Assembly (NCBI GenBank): GCA_963664875.1
Contig: OY761611.1
Location: 3,488,001 to 3,552,000 of the forward strand
Length of the DNA stretch: 64,000 nt
Source: Candidatus Kapaibacterium sp.
GTDB lineage: Bacteria; Bacteroidota; Ignavibacteria; Kapaibacteriales; UBA2268
Direction: 5' to 3'
Numbering within the stretch: the stretch's first letter is position 1; each line of letters begins with the position of its first letter. Below the pieces are notes generated by a model. That model did not search any database. It was not told where the DNA came from and saw only the letters and a program-made list of their open reading frames with translations. Positions 42,901 through 51,919 of the stretch are shown in pieces. The translations under genes and the position numbers were made by a program.

Positions 42901-43722
42901 GCTACGCTTACTTTCCTGCACTCTGCTAATTAGCTTTTTGCCGCCATCGGAAACCTCTTCTAACCCTATAATATGTAACAGCTCAAAGTAAAACTGCTTA
43001 TTGAGGGAATTTGAGTCATTTGCAAAAGCCTCTTTGATAAGAGTAGGAGGCGAAAATAGCTTGAAAAGAGCAATAAGTTTTTTACTATTCTCTATAGTGA
43101 GCTCATTCTGATATTCTCTAATATTAAAGTAAGTGCAGTTAAGCTCTTTATCAGAAGCCTCAATAAACGGTTTGGCTATGTTATTATAAAATACCTCTGT
43201 ACTTAGACTTTTGTCGCTGTTCCATTTATTAAACTCAGTTTTCAGCTTAGTTTTATAAAATGCCACATCAAACTCGTGTGCATCAAAAACAAAAAACTCG
43301 TGCAGATTAGTAACAACAATATTTTTAACCTCATAGTTGTTCTTCTCGATTCTCTCTCTGAAATAGTAAAGAATAGCTTCGTGCAGAGCTTTTTTGTTAA
43401 AGTCCGTCTGAGACATCATTTCAGTCTTGTTATTCGGATGCTTTACTTCAAGAATCACCCCAACATTAGCTTGGTCATTTTTACCCAGATAAATAGCAAG
43501 ATCCGCTCTACCGGAAGTATTGATTTCAAAATCCTGATAGAAAGTATTTTTCAGAAAATCCCGAAGCACCAGTTTGAGATGTTCTTCAGTTTCATTGAGG
43601 TTAATATTATCAAGGTAAGTACTAAGCAGAGATTTGAAATTATCAAACTCATTTTTAGCAATACTCACCTTACGATAAGCTTTATTCAGAGCCTTAACAG
43701 GAGCAGTTACAAGTAGTTTCAT
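39958..43722 (-). CDS. Type IIG fused restriction endonuclease/N6-adenine methyltransferase (Eco57I/TaqI-C-like)
   Basis: Nuclease RADLAI..ILEVK, motif I DPAVGSGHFL, motif IV IGNPPY, TRD with PLLRGRDIKRY, and C-terminal EIDRLVYKLYDLT. Confidence 0.92.
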   Translation of the reverse strand: MKLLVTAPVKALNKAYRKVSIAKNEFDNFKSLLSTYLDNINLNETEEHLKLVLRDFLKNTFYQDFEINTSGRADLAIYLGKNDQANVGVILEVKHPNNKTEMMSQTDFNKKALHEAILYYFRERIEKNNYEVKNIVVTNLHEFFVFDAHEFDVAFYKTKLKTEFNKWNSDKSLSTEVFYNNIAKPFIEASDKELNCTYFNIREYQNELTIENSKKLIALFKLFSPPTLIKEAFANDSNSLNKQFYFELLHIIGLEEVSDGGKKLISRVQESKRSNGSLIENTIKNLKTEDILNNIANVGDFGETKEDQLFNIALELNITWINRILFLKLLEAQLLSYHDYNKSFRFLDHNIIKEFDDLNELFFGVLAKTITERDDDIRSPFKQLPYLNSSLFEISEIESKSIRINSLRDRYRLSLYSQTVLKDEQGKRLSGEMPILEYLFKFLDAYDFSSEGAEDVKEDKKSLINASVLGLIFEKINGYKEGSFFTPGYITMYICRETIRRAVLQKFKDVKGWECDNIDKLYNKIDDISEANAIINSIKVCDPAVGSGHFLVSALNEIIALKSELGVLCYHGTEKKVKEYKIEIQNDELVVTDSNEDIFEYKINAKGNPINTDNQQLLQETLFHEKQTIIENCLFGVDINPNSVNICRLRLWIELLKNTYYTADSNYTQLETLPNIDINIKCGNSLVSRFDLHDKQSQVSAGQRNTFRSITNKYKQQVLIYKTTSEKAVRQKARKDIDFLKNQFSMLANPSDDIYIKKKNLRSDIDTHQDSTKKSFYYDDWKKEHDKMMHELTELSKQYDEKQKTLYSNAFEWRFEFPEVLDEDGNFIGFDAVIGNPPYIQLQTLNNRTVFLKDRYKTYAQTGDMYVLFYELAANILKAQGNQGFITGSAWLRTNYGKSLRKFFIEDVNIHKVIDFSDCHIFDSATVLTTVTFFSNKSFDNKVEALRIIRAQQEEAKEIEKYFDSNHIILKDLTDESWVIANKVKYQIKQKVEAQGIKLKDWDIEIYRGILTGYNDAFIIDGKKKDELIAKDPKSAEIIKPLLRGRDIKRYGIDDPDLWLIFTAPALKLDIDKYTAIKSHLESFGRERLEQSGKKGSRKKTTNQWFELQDTIAYYESFLKPKIIYPVITKFLPFVFDRDNFFFNDKVFMMVGQKIEYLTGFLNSKLFKFCFTDNFPELQGNSKELRKVIFQEIPVKPPSEEEEKPFISLVNEILAAKKADAKADTSEAEAEIDRLVYKLYDLTDDEISIIESEG

Positions 43723-44520
43723 AAAGTATATAGGGAGAAAGAATTCAAATAAAATCCACACTTTGGATATACAATAAGTTAGCAAATATTTAAGAAAAAG
43801 AATAAAGAAATATTCTATCTGAAAAGAAAATTGTAGAAATGCAAAAACAGAATCAAAAGGACTGACTTGATATAAATAAATTGGGTAATAATTCTTTATT
43901 TCAGCAAAAATTCGGCAGTTTAAATTAGACTAAATCAATTTATAGACAACGTATCATAAAAATATTAGCATAAGTTCAAATGCTATAAAAAAAACTTTAT
44001 GCAAAAAAAGGCTTTGCAAATAACTTTAAATCATATAACTTTGTATAGTTCATAGAATAAATGTTGAAATATAATATAAATTACATTGCTGCATAGCAAT
44101 AAATATTTCCTTAATATAAAGCAGAAAAAGTCTCTGGAGGTGCATGGGATGGAAGGATAAGTCATTACATTAAGGAATGAATCAGTTATGCAATGCTTAA
44201 ACAAATTTGATTTAAAAGACCTTGTTCTTGTGAAAGCTATTAGAACTATTAAAATTTTCGGTATAATGCTTTTTTTATTTTCATAAGAGAAGTGCCTTGA
44301 TAGAAATTTGCTTCTTGATATTAATTATTTAATTCTGATTTGAAGATTCAATATAATTTTAGATACTTAAAGCCATTGTTTGAAGAGGTATAAACGAAAG
44401 TTAAAATTTATCAGAATTGCTAATCATAGCTGCACTTAAATGCCATTATTGCTCTGCAAAATATCCTCGATATTTATTGCATTCTTTCCTTTATTGAAGT
44501 TCAAAATATTAGAGATTTTA

Positions 44521-47500
44521 ATGAAAACGATAAAACCAATCATTTGGCTTTTTTTACTGGGAAATATGTATCTTTTTGCAGATTATCCCACAGCTGAAGT
44601 AAATTACGATGCCCCTATTCGGATTATCTCGGAAGATGTGCGTGAACTTGGGAATCCTGTCGGTTCTATTGAGGGGATTGCAGATGTTAATTTAGTAGGC
44701 AATTCAACGTATTCTATACCAATACTAACACCAAAAGGCAGAAAGTCTTTAGAACCATCACTATCAGTTGTTTATTCAAGTGGTGGGGCTAACAGTATTT
44801 TAGGGTTCGGTTGGTCTTTGAGTGGATTGTCCTCTATAAGTAGGGTTCCAAGTAATAAACTTATTGATGGAGTGAATGATAAAATAGATTTTAGTATTGA
44901 TGGTAATTTATCTCTAGATGGAATAAGGATGGTCAAAATTTCTGATTCCCCTTATACTTGGGCTCCAATCAATAATAATAACTCAAGGCTAACTTGTTCT
45001 ACTGATGCAAATGGTAATATTCAGACTTTATATTTGCAAACTAAAGATGGCAAAATCATTGAATATGGCGGAAACGAAAACTCCAGATTAAAAAAAGATG
45101 GCATTATATTGTCTTGGAATATCTCAAAAATCTCTGACATTTATGGAAATTTTATTGAATATTACTATGGTAGAACTGATGGCACCACTAATCAGAAAGG
45201 ATTAGAGGTGTGGATTGAAAAAATTGAATACACAGGAAACTCTCAAACAAATGATGCACCTTTTGCACAAATAGTATTTGACTATAGTATTAGAGAAGAT
45301 AAAACATGCGCATTTTCTGCTGGGATTATGTTGCAGTCTTCACTGCTTCTTGATAAGATTTACGTACAAATGAAAGACGAAGAATCAGGAGTATTCACTA
45401 ACATTAGAAGTTATAAGTTTAACTATATTAAGAATCATTCCTCGCAATTAGTGGAGGCAGTGGAATATGGGAAAAATGAAAATGAAGCTTATAACTCGAC
45501 GGTATTTGAGTACAATTATGATGTAACTCTTGCTGAAGGCAATTCGTTAGATATAATGGTTCATAATGTAAAAGATTTTAATAATACTATGACGAATAGT
45601 AATCTTGTTTATACAGCGACTGGTTCGTCAGTAATACTCAATGAAAATCAAACTTATTATTTTGGAGACTTCAATAATGATGGTATCCAAGACAGAATTA
45701 TTGTTCAATATAATTATGCTAGGATAGACAATATTAATAGATCTAGATGGTTTCTTCAATTTGGCAGATATGTTGATTTGGGAGATGAAACAATTGTTAA
45801 GTATAAGAGTGTTTTAAATAAGTGTGAATTATTCACCTCTGTAGATCAAGAAACATTTGTAACTCATTTATTGCGTAACAAAGTATCAATTATTGATATC
45901 AATAATGATGGTTATTTAGATATCCTCATTCCATATCTTAAAAACACACAAACTGACGACATAGAAAATTGGATGGCAGGTCCAGAGGAAGACTTAAATC
46001 CAATTAATATGTTGTATGATGAATTGCATCTTGAAGTTCACTTGAATTCATTTGGAACTTTCCCAGAAGAAAATTCGATGACATATGTAATAAATGATGA
46101 TCGACTCAAACAAGATGGTGATGACGCCGATTTTGCGTTCACTAATGAAGAATTTCATTTCGGAGATTTCGACGCGGACGGGATGATTGAAATACTTTTG
46201 AAAGCGGAAACTTGGGATTATTATGATGGATTCATCACTAGTTTTGCAAGGAATTCTAACAATGGAGCAAATGATTATGGATTTCTTTGGTATTTAGATT
46301 TAGTTAGTTCTGTAGGAACATTACCAACTGATGATCATGCATTTTCCATAACCTGCAACGGATCTAATTCGGGTAATGGTCTATCTCCTTTTGTAACACA
46401 TGATGATGAAAACTTTAATGTAATTGTTGCAGACTTCAACTCAGATAGCAGATCAGATTTTATGGTAGTAACCGATTTTATTAATTCACTTGGACATTCA
46501 GAAACAGTTTATACATTATTGAATGAACTTGAAGTTTTATTCGAGTTTAGTGACATTCTACGAAGTACGGATATTGAGTCGGGAGACAAAAAACATTGCT
46601 ACCAAGGGGATTTTAACGGAGATGGTTTATTTGACTTACTTTATCAAAAAAATACAAATTATGAAGGTGAAGAAAATATCTCTCCTTGGTGTATACGATT
46701 TTGGAAAGGAAACGAGTTTTCACCTGAAATAATAGTTTCAGAATTAGAAAATATAAATTGGGGAATACCATATCAGGGAAGGCATCTAATAGTAGGAGAT
46801 TTCAATTTTGATGGCAGGAGCGATGTCTTGACTTATCTAAATACGTATTGTAGAGATATAGTTGTGGATGAATATACTATAAGGACAAGAGGAGGAGATA
46901 TCTTTGAAGGATCCACCACATATACTGACACCTGTAATAATATCGATCCGTACTATTATGACAGTAACTTTGATGATCCAAGTAATCCATCTACAAAAAA
47001 AGTGATTGATGGAAATTCGTATGAAATAATATCACAATCAAATGTGAGTTCAAGCATTGAATATAAGCTACATATAGTAAATTCTTCATATTACGATATT
47101 GATGGAAATCCTGACATCAATTGGAATACATATTCTTACAGTACTGGATTGTTACCATATGACCAAGATAATCCATACGATTTAACTCTTAGTTTTCTTC
47201 AAATGAATGCTATTCCGGAAATTTCATCAGTCACTACTGAAGCTAAAAATTTTAGTTTTAGTAGTTTGAAATCTATGGATATAACAGGTCACGGTTTGAT
47301 ATCGTTGCACAATTGTAAAATCAAAAACTATCTATTATCCTTCAATATAAGCAATAGTTCATCTTTTTTATCTAAGGTTTACGATGGTTTCGGGAATTCG
47401 ACTGAATTTACTTATCAAACTTTGTCACAAACTAATGATCCTGATTTAGAGACCCCTGCTTATTCAGTAAATGAATTCAGATCAGGTAGTTACCATAATA

Positions 47501-48009
47501 TTTCAGGTGGGATAAAGATTGTATCAGAAATGCTTCAAAAAAACTCTTCTGGAAGTTGGTACAATAAAATGGTTTATAATTATCAGGACGGAATTATTAA
47601 TAGAGATAAGGGATTTATAGGCTTTTTAGAGCTTAAACGTAATCAGAAGGATTACAATTTAGGAGACAAGAGTGTAATTACTAAGAACGCAATACGTCAT
47701 AATATAGCAGAGTTATACCCTGAAATTACAGAAAAATACTCTGGTGATTCTTTTATTTCAGAAACATATAAAGACTGTAGAAGTACCGATTTAGGTAATG
47801 GTAGATATTTTTTATATGATTATCAAGTGATTACTACAAATCAGTTAGATGGATCAAGAAACCATAAAATTACAGAATTTGATAATGATCAGAATCTTAC
47901 GCGAGAAAAGGAATTCTTAGAATTTGAGGGGCAAACCATCTACCAAACAGAAAAACTATTGACTACTCAACTCAAGAAATTGTTTGGTGTAAAACTCTCC
48001 CTCAAGTGA
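44521..48009 (+). CDS. Rhs toxin 2, N-terminal part (SpvB/TcB-like domain and FG-GAP repeats); frameshifted
   Basis: Signal peptide; YSIPILTPKG..PSLSVVYSS..GFGWSLSGLSSISR; GDFNNDG, GDFDADG and GDFNGDG repeats; GFIGF. Confidence 0.85.
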   Translation: MKTIKPIIWLFLLGNMYLFADYPTAEVNYDAPIRIISEDVRELGNPVGSIEGIADVNLVGNSTYSIPILTPKGRKSLEPSLSVVYSSGGANSILGFGWSLSGLSSISRVPSNKLIDGVNDKIDFSIDGNLSLDGIRMVKISDSPYTWAPINNNNSRLTCSTDANGNIQTLYLQTKDGKIIEYGGNENSRLKKDGIILSWNISKISDIYGNFIEYYYGRTDGTTNQKGLEVWIEKIEYTGNSQTNDAPFAQIVFDYSIREDKTCAFSAGIMLQSSLLLDKIYVQMKDEESGVFTNIRSYKFNYIKNHSSQLVEAVEYGKNENEAYNSTVFEYNYDVTLAEGNSLDIMVHNVKDFNNTMTNSNLVYTATGSSVILNENQTYYFGDFNNDGIQDRIIVQYNYARIDNINRSRWFLQFGRYVDLGDETIVKYKSVLNKCELFTSVDQETFVTHLLRNKVSIIDINNDGYLDILIPYLKNTQTDDIENWMAGPEEDLNPINMLYDELHLEVHLNSFGTFPEENSMTYVINDDRLKQDGDDADFAFTNEEFHFGDFDADGMIEILLKAETWDYYDGFITSFARNSNNGANDYGFLWYLDLVSSVGTLPTDDHAFSITCNGSNSGNGLSPFVTHDDENFNVIVADFNSDSRSDFMVVTDFINSLGHSETVYTLLNELEVLFEFSDILRSTDIESGDKKHCYQGDFNGDGLFDLLYQKNTNYEGEENISPWCIRFWKGNEFSPEIIVSELENINWGIPYQGRHLIVGDFNFDGRSDVLTYLNTYCRDIVVDEYTIRTRGGDIFEGSTTYTDTCNNIDPYYYDSNFDDPSNPSTKKVIDGNSYEIISQSNVSSSIEYKLHIVNSSYYDIDGNPDINWNTYSYSTGLLPYDQDNPYDLTLSFLQMNAIPEISSVTTEAKNFSFSSLKSMDITGHGLISLHNCKIKNYLLSFNISNSSSFLSKVYDGFGNSTEFTYQTLSQTNDPDLETPAYSVNEFRSGSYHNISGGIKIVSEMLQKNSSGSWYNKMVYNYQDGIINRDKGFIGFLELKRNQKDYNLGDKSVITKNAIRHNIAELYPEITEKYSGDSFISETYKDCRSTDLGNGRYFLYDYQVITTNQLDGSRNHKITEFDNDQNLTREKEFLEFEGQTIYQTEKLLTTQLKKLFGVKLSLK

Positions 48010-51000
48010 TTAAGACTTCACAAAATCATGTAGATGATAATCTATATGGCAATAGTTTTTGGACTCATGTTGAATTTGATTATAAAGCCAATGGCGACGT
48101 AAAGAGTAGAACAAATATGATAAACAACTTAACTGCTGAGTTTAGTTATGATATTTACGGAAATCTTCAGCAATCACGTTCCTATTCTTTAACCAATCCA
48201 GACTTATATGAAAAAGTACAAAGAATGGGCTATGATAATTTTTCGCATAGATTTATTGCATTAGATACAAATTCTCTCGGTCAAATAAAGCAGTTTAAGT
48301 ACAATAATGAATTTGGCAAAGTAAAGGAAGAAATTGAATATAATGGATTCTCTACTTTGACGAATTATGATGATTTTGGTATTAAAACTGAAGAAATAGA
48401 TGAATATGGAAACAAAATTCTGTTTGTTTATGATTGGAATGATCAAAATGAAACTATAAATATCAAAGGAACTGACAAAGATTATGCCTTTACTCTAAAT
48501 AAGAAAAGTTTCTTGGCCAATGAAACCATAGCAGAAGCATTGATTACAAAAAGCTATTATACCTCCAACAATATGACTCTAAGAGAAGTACAAGAAATTT
48601 TTAAGTCAGACTATTCACTACCCAAATTAGTAACTATTGACAAAGTTTATTATATGAACTGGCAACTTCGATATGAGTCAGAACCATATTTGAGTACAGA
48701 GTCTCCTGATTTTTGGACTGAATATGATTATGAGCCTTTGAGTGGAAAAGTTAATAGTATTAGCAAAGCTAATGGAAATACTCAAAATACACTATACAAA
48801 TCTATCAACTATGACTTAGAAAATCTAATTTCTACAGAAAATAATCTTCAACAGGATGGAGTGCCTACAGGGTCGCTAGTTAAGGAATACAATGTCCACG
48901 GAGATTTAAAAAAATCTACAGATGAAGCTGGAAATGCGGTTACTTACAACTATTGGAATAGTGGATTACTAAAAAATGTTACTACTGTTGTACTCAATCA
49001 ATCTGGAGCACACTCTATCCAGTTAAATTACGATAATATTGGAAGACGTACACAAATGGTTGATCCTAATATTGGGACACTAAATTATGTGTATAATGAC
49101 CACGGTGACATCATCGAAGAATCAAATCCGAATGGTACTATTAAGACCTATTACGACGATTACGGTCGGAAAGATTCCGTAGAATATTATTTGCCTAATT
49201 CTGCTACTCCATATAACACCGTTTATCATTTGTATGTTCCAATTGACGAGAATGATGGAATTTATGGGGACGGTAAACTTGATTCTCTTTATGAAACTCA
49301 GTCGAACTTGCAGAAGAAATATGTTTATGACAATTATTGGCGTGTTTTGAGCGAAAAACAAAATATTGATACAGAAGCTTTTATACTCGAAAATGTTTTT
49401 GACAAATCCATTGGGAAATTGAAAAGAACAATCTTCAACCAAAAAGACACTATTACATATGCTTATGATAAAAAAGGTTTTATGGTTTCAAAAATTTTCA
49501 ATGGTACTAATAAAGACACTACTTTATGGACGTTGAAAGAAATCAATAGATTTGGACACGAAACTTTAGCTTCAATTGCTGATGTGATAGATTTAAGCTC
49601 TACTTACGACATTTATGGGCTTTTAACAGGAATTAAATATGCGAATTCAAGCAACCAGCTACAATACCAGAATCATGAGTATCTATTTGACCCTGCACGA
49701 CAAACACTTGCATATAGAAAAGATTTACTTGCTGACTTGCATGAGTCTTTTACATTTGGATCTCAAGGTGATAAATCTTTCTTACTCAAACGATTGACAG
49801 GATGGAATATATCTGACTTGTCCGGAAATTCTTGCGGCAATTTTGAAATGAATTATAACGATGATGGTACTATACGAAGTAAAGGACGGGTTGGATTTGA
49901 AAGTAACTACGTGTATTCTGAGACTACTAATGATGTTGAGCCTCTAGATGCAACTCCAACTACTCAATTTCCACAAGCGATTAAGAAATTATCAAGTAGT
50001 TACGAAAATTTGTTCCCATATACTATGACAAATACGATTTTTAATAGTGTAAAAACAATAGAAATGTGTGACAGGAATGCAGTATTTGATTATGGTTTTG
50101 ACTTACAACGATGTAAATATACATACTTTAAAAATGGAGTAAAACAATATACTAAGTATTACTTCCACAATATTGAAAAGACAGTTTTCGAAAATGGTGA
50201 TATAAAAAATACTGTTATAGGTAACAATTTTGCTATTATTACAGAAAATCAGGATAGAAATATTTACTATTTACTGAAAGATCACTTGGGTTCAGTAACT
50301 AAAATTTTAAATTCAGATTTTTCCATTGTTGGTGATTTTAATTATGACCCATGGGGTAGAATGAGAGAAAAAGATAATAACTTCGAGACTTTGAGTGTTT
50401 ATGACGTGCCTTCAGGTTTCGAACTAATAGGTCGTGGTTTCACCGGACACGAACATATACTCGAATTTGGTCTGATTAATATGAATGGTCGTGTTTATGA
50501 TCCTGCTCTTGGTCAATTCATTCAACCGGATAACTTTGTAACTATACCTGAGCGATCAAACTCCTATAACAGATTTATTTATGCTAATAATAATCCTCTT
50601 TCTTTTGTTGATAGCGACGGTGAATTTGTAACATTGACTACAATACTTATAACTGCAGCTATTTTTGGAGCTGGGAATGTTGCTGCCCAAGCTATTAGAC
50701 TGGATGGAAAAATTAATATTGGACAGATATTTTCCAGTTTTGTTCAAGGTGCAATAGTTGGAGGTGCAGTCGCATGTGGCTATTACGGCTTATATTATCT
50801 CAGTCCGACTCTTGCCTACATCACTGCTGGTGTTGCTTATGGACCTCAAGCTTTAACTTATGGTGTTGGTACTTTGTTTGGACTAACAAAAGGTCTATAT
50901 ACAGGAGATTATACAAATTTTTGGAATGCACAAAAAATATTGTTAGGTAACTTTTACATAGATGAAAATCAAAGTTATGGAATGGGGATTCTACAAGGAA

Positions 51001-51482
51001 TGAGTGCTCATAGTTTGGAATTACTTCAAAATTCTATTGGTTCTGCTCTCCAACAATACTTTAATTTCAATGCTGCTGTGGATAGAGTAGATTATTTTGA
51101 TGGAGCAACTTTTACAACTAATGAAAACTCAAACGGTGGTGGAATTTCTCTTGGGAAATTTATACATTGCTGGTACGATGGTGAAATTGAAGGCGGTTTT
51201 AAAGCTTTTGTGCTTTCTAGTCCTAAATATATGCATGAATATGGTCACTATCTTGATAGCAAAAGATATCTTACTGGTTACCTATTTGCAATAGCAATTC
51301 CGAGTTTATGGTCAGCAGCTACCCACAAGGGAGAAAAAAGTAGTGCTCCGTTTGGGTTTTTGTCATGGCATAGGACATTTTGGACAGAATTGAGAGCTAA
51401 CAGAAAAGCTAGCGATTATTTTGCTAGAGAACACGGAATTACTTTTGATGATACAGAATTCCCACTTTATACTACGGAGTAA
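48006..51482 (+). CDS. Rhs toxin 2, C-terminal part with HEXXH metallopeptidase-like tip
   Basis: YD repeats; RGFTGHEH..GLINMNGRVYDPALGQFIQPD..NRFIYANNNPLSFVDSDG; hydrophobic region; MHEYGH..WTELRAN. Confidence 0.88.
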   Translation: MIKTSQNHVDDNLYGNSFWTHVEFDYKANGDVKSRTNMINNLTAEFSYDIYGNLQQSRSYSLTNPDLYEKVQRMGYDNFSHRFIALDTNSLGQIKQFKYNNEFGKVKEEIEYNGFSTLTNYDDFGIKTEEIDEYGNKILFVYDWNDQNETINIKGTDKDYAFTLNKKSFLANETIAEALITKSYYTSNNMTLREVQEIFKSDYSLPKLVTIDKVYYMNWQLRYESEPYLSTESPDFWTEYDYEPLSGKVNSISKANGNTQNTLYKSINYDLENLISTENNLQQDGVPTGSLVKEYNVHGDLKKSTDEAGNAVTYNYWNSGLLKNVTTVVLNQSGAHSIQLNYDNIGRRTQMVDPNIGTLNYVYNDHGDIIEESNPNGTIKTYYDDYGRKDSVEYYLPNSATPYNTVYHLYVPIDENDGIYGDGKLDSLYETQSNLQKKYVYDNYWRVLSEKQNIDTEAFILENVFDKSIGKLKRTIFNQKDTITYAYDKKGFMVSKIFNGTNKDTTLWTLKEINRFGHETLASIADVIDLSSTYDIYGLLTGIKYANSSNQLQYQNHEYLFDPARQTLAYRKDLLADLHESFTFGSQGDKSFLLKRLTGWNISDLSGNSCGNFEMNYNDDGTIRSKGRVGFESNYVYSETTNDVEPLDATPTTQFPQAIKKLSSSYENLFPYTMTNTIFNSVKTIEMCDRNAVFDYGFDLQRCKYTYFKNGVKQYTKYYFHNIEKTVFENGDIKNTVIGNNFAIITENQDRNIYYLLKDHLGSVTKILNSDFSIVGDFNYDPWGRMREKDNNFETLSVYDVPSGFELIGRGFTGHEHILEFGLINMNGRVYDPALGQFIQPDNFVTIPERSNSYNRFIYANNNPLSFVDSDGEFVTLTTILITAAIFGAGNVAAQAIRLDGKINIGQIFSSFVQGAIVGGAVACGYYGLYYLSPTLAYITAGVAYGPQALTYGVGTLFGLTKGLYTGDYTNFWNAQKILLGNFYIDENQSYGMGILQGMSAHSLELLQNSIGSALQQYFNFNAAVDRVDYFDGATFTTNENSNGGGISLGKFIHCWYDGEIEGGFKAFVLSSPKYMHEYGHYLDSKRYLTGYLFAIAIPSLWSAATHKGEKSSAPFGFLSWHRTFWTELRANRKASDYFAREHGITFDDTEFPLYTTE

Positions 51483-51484
51483 CC

Positions 51485-51904
51485 ATGTATAGATATTTTA
51501 GTCTTCTTATTATTAGTCTAATTTTGGTAGGATGTCCATTAGAAGACACTTTAGATTATCATATTTTTCTATATAATAATTCTGATCGTGACATTTCTAT
51601 CATTTTTAGTAATGGGGTGCATAATACACTAATATATCCAGAATTGCTACCTCCAACAATCTCATCAGAATATTGCATTAGATATATTGAATCAAGAGAA
51701 AGCTTTACTTTTAATAGTTATATACCTTTTGATGAATATATTGATTCATTTCCACTTGACACGATAGCCGTATTTGTTTTTGATCCGGATACTTTAGATG
51801 CGTATCCATGGGAAGTAATAAGAGACGAATATAAAGTTCTTAAGACACATTTTATTACAATAGATGATGTTTTGAAGTCTGATACAATAGTAATTTACCC
51901 GTGA
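51485..51904 (+). CDS. Putative immunity lipoprotein for Rhs 2
   Basis: Starts 2 nt after the toxin stop; lipobox LVGC. Confidence 0.7.
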   Translation: MYRYFSLLIISLILVGCPLEDTLDYHIFLYNNSDRDISIIFSNGVHNTLIYPELLPPTISSEYCIRYIESRESFTFNSYIPFDEYIDSFPLDTIAVFVFDPDTLDAYPWEVIRDEYKVLKTHFITIDDVLKSDTIVIYP

Positions 51905-51919
51905 TAAAGAGAAAACATA

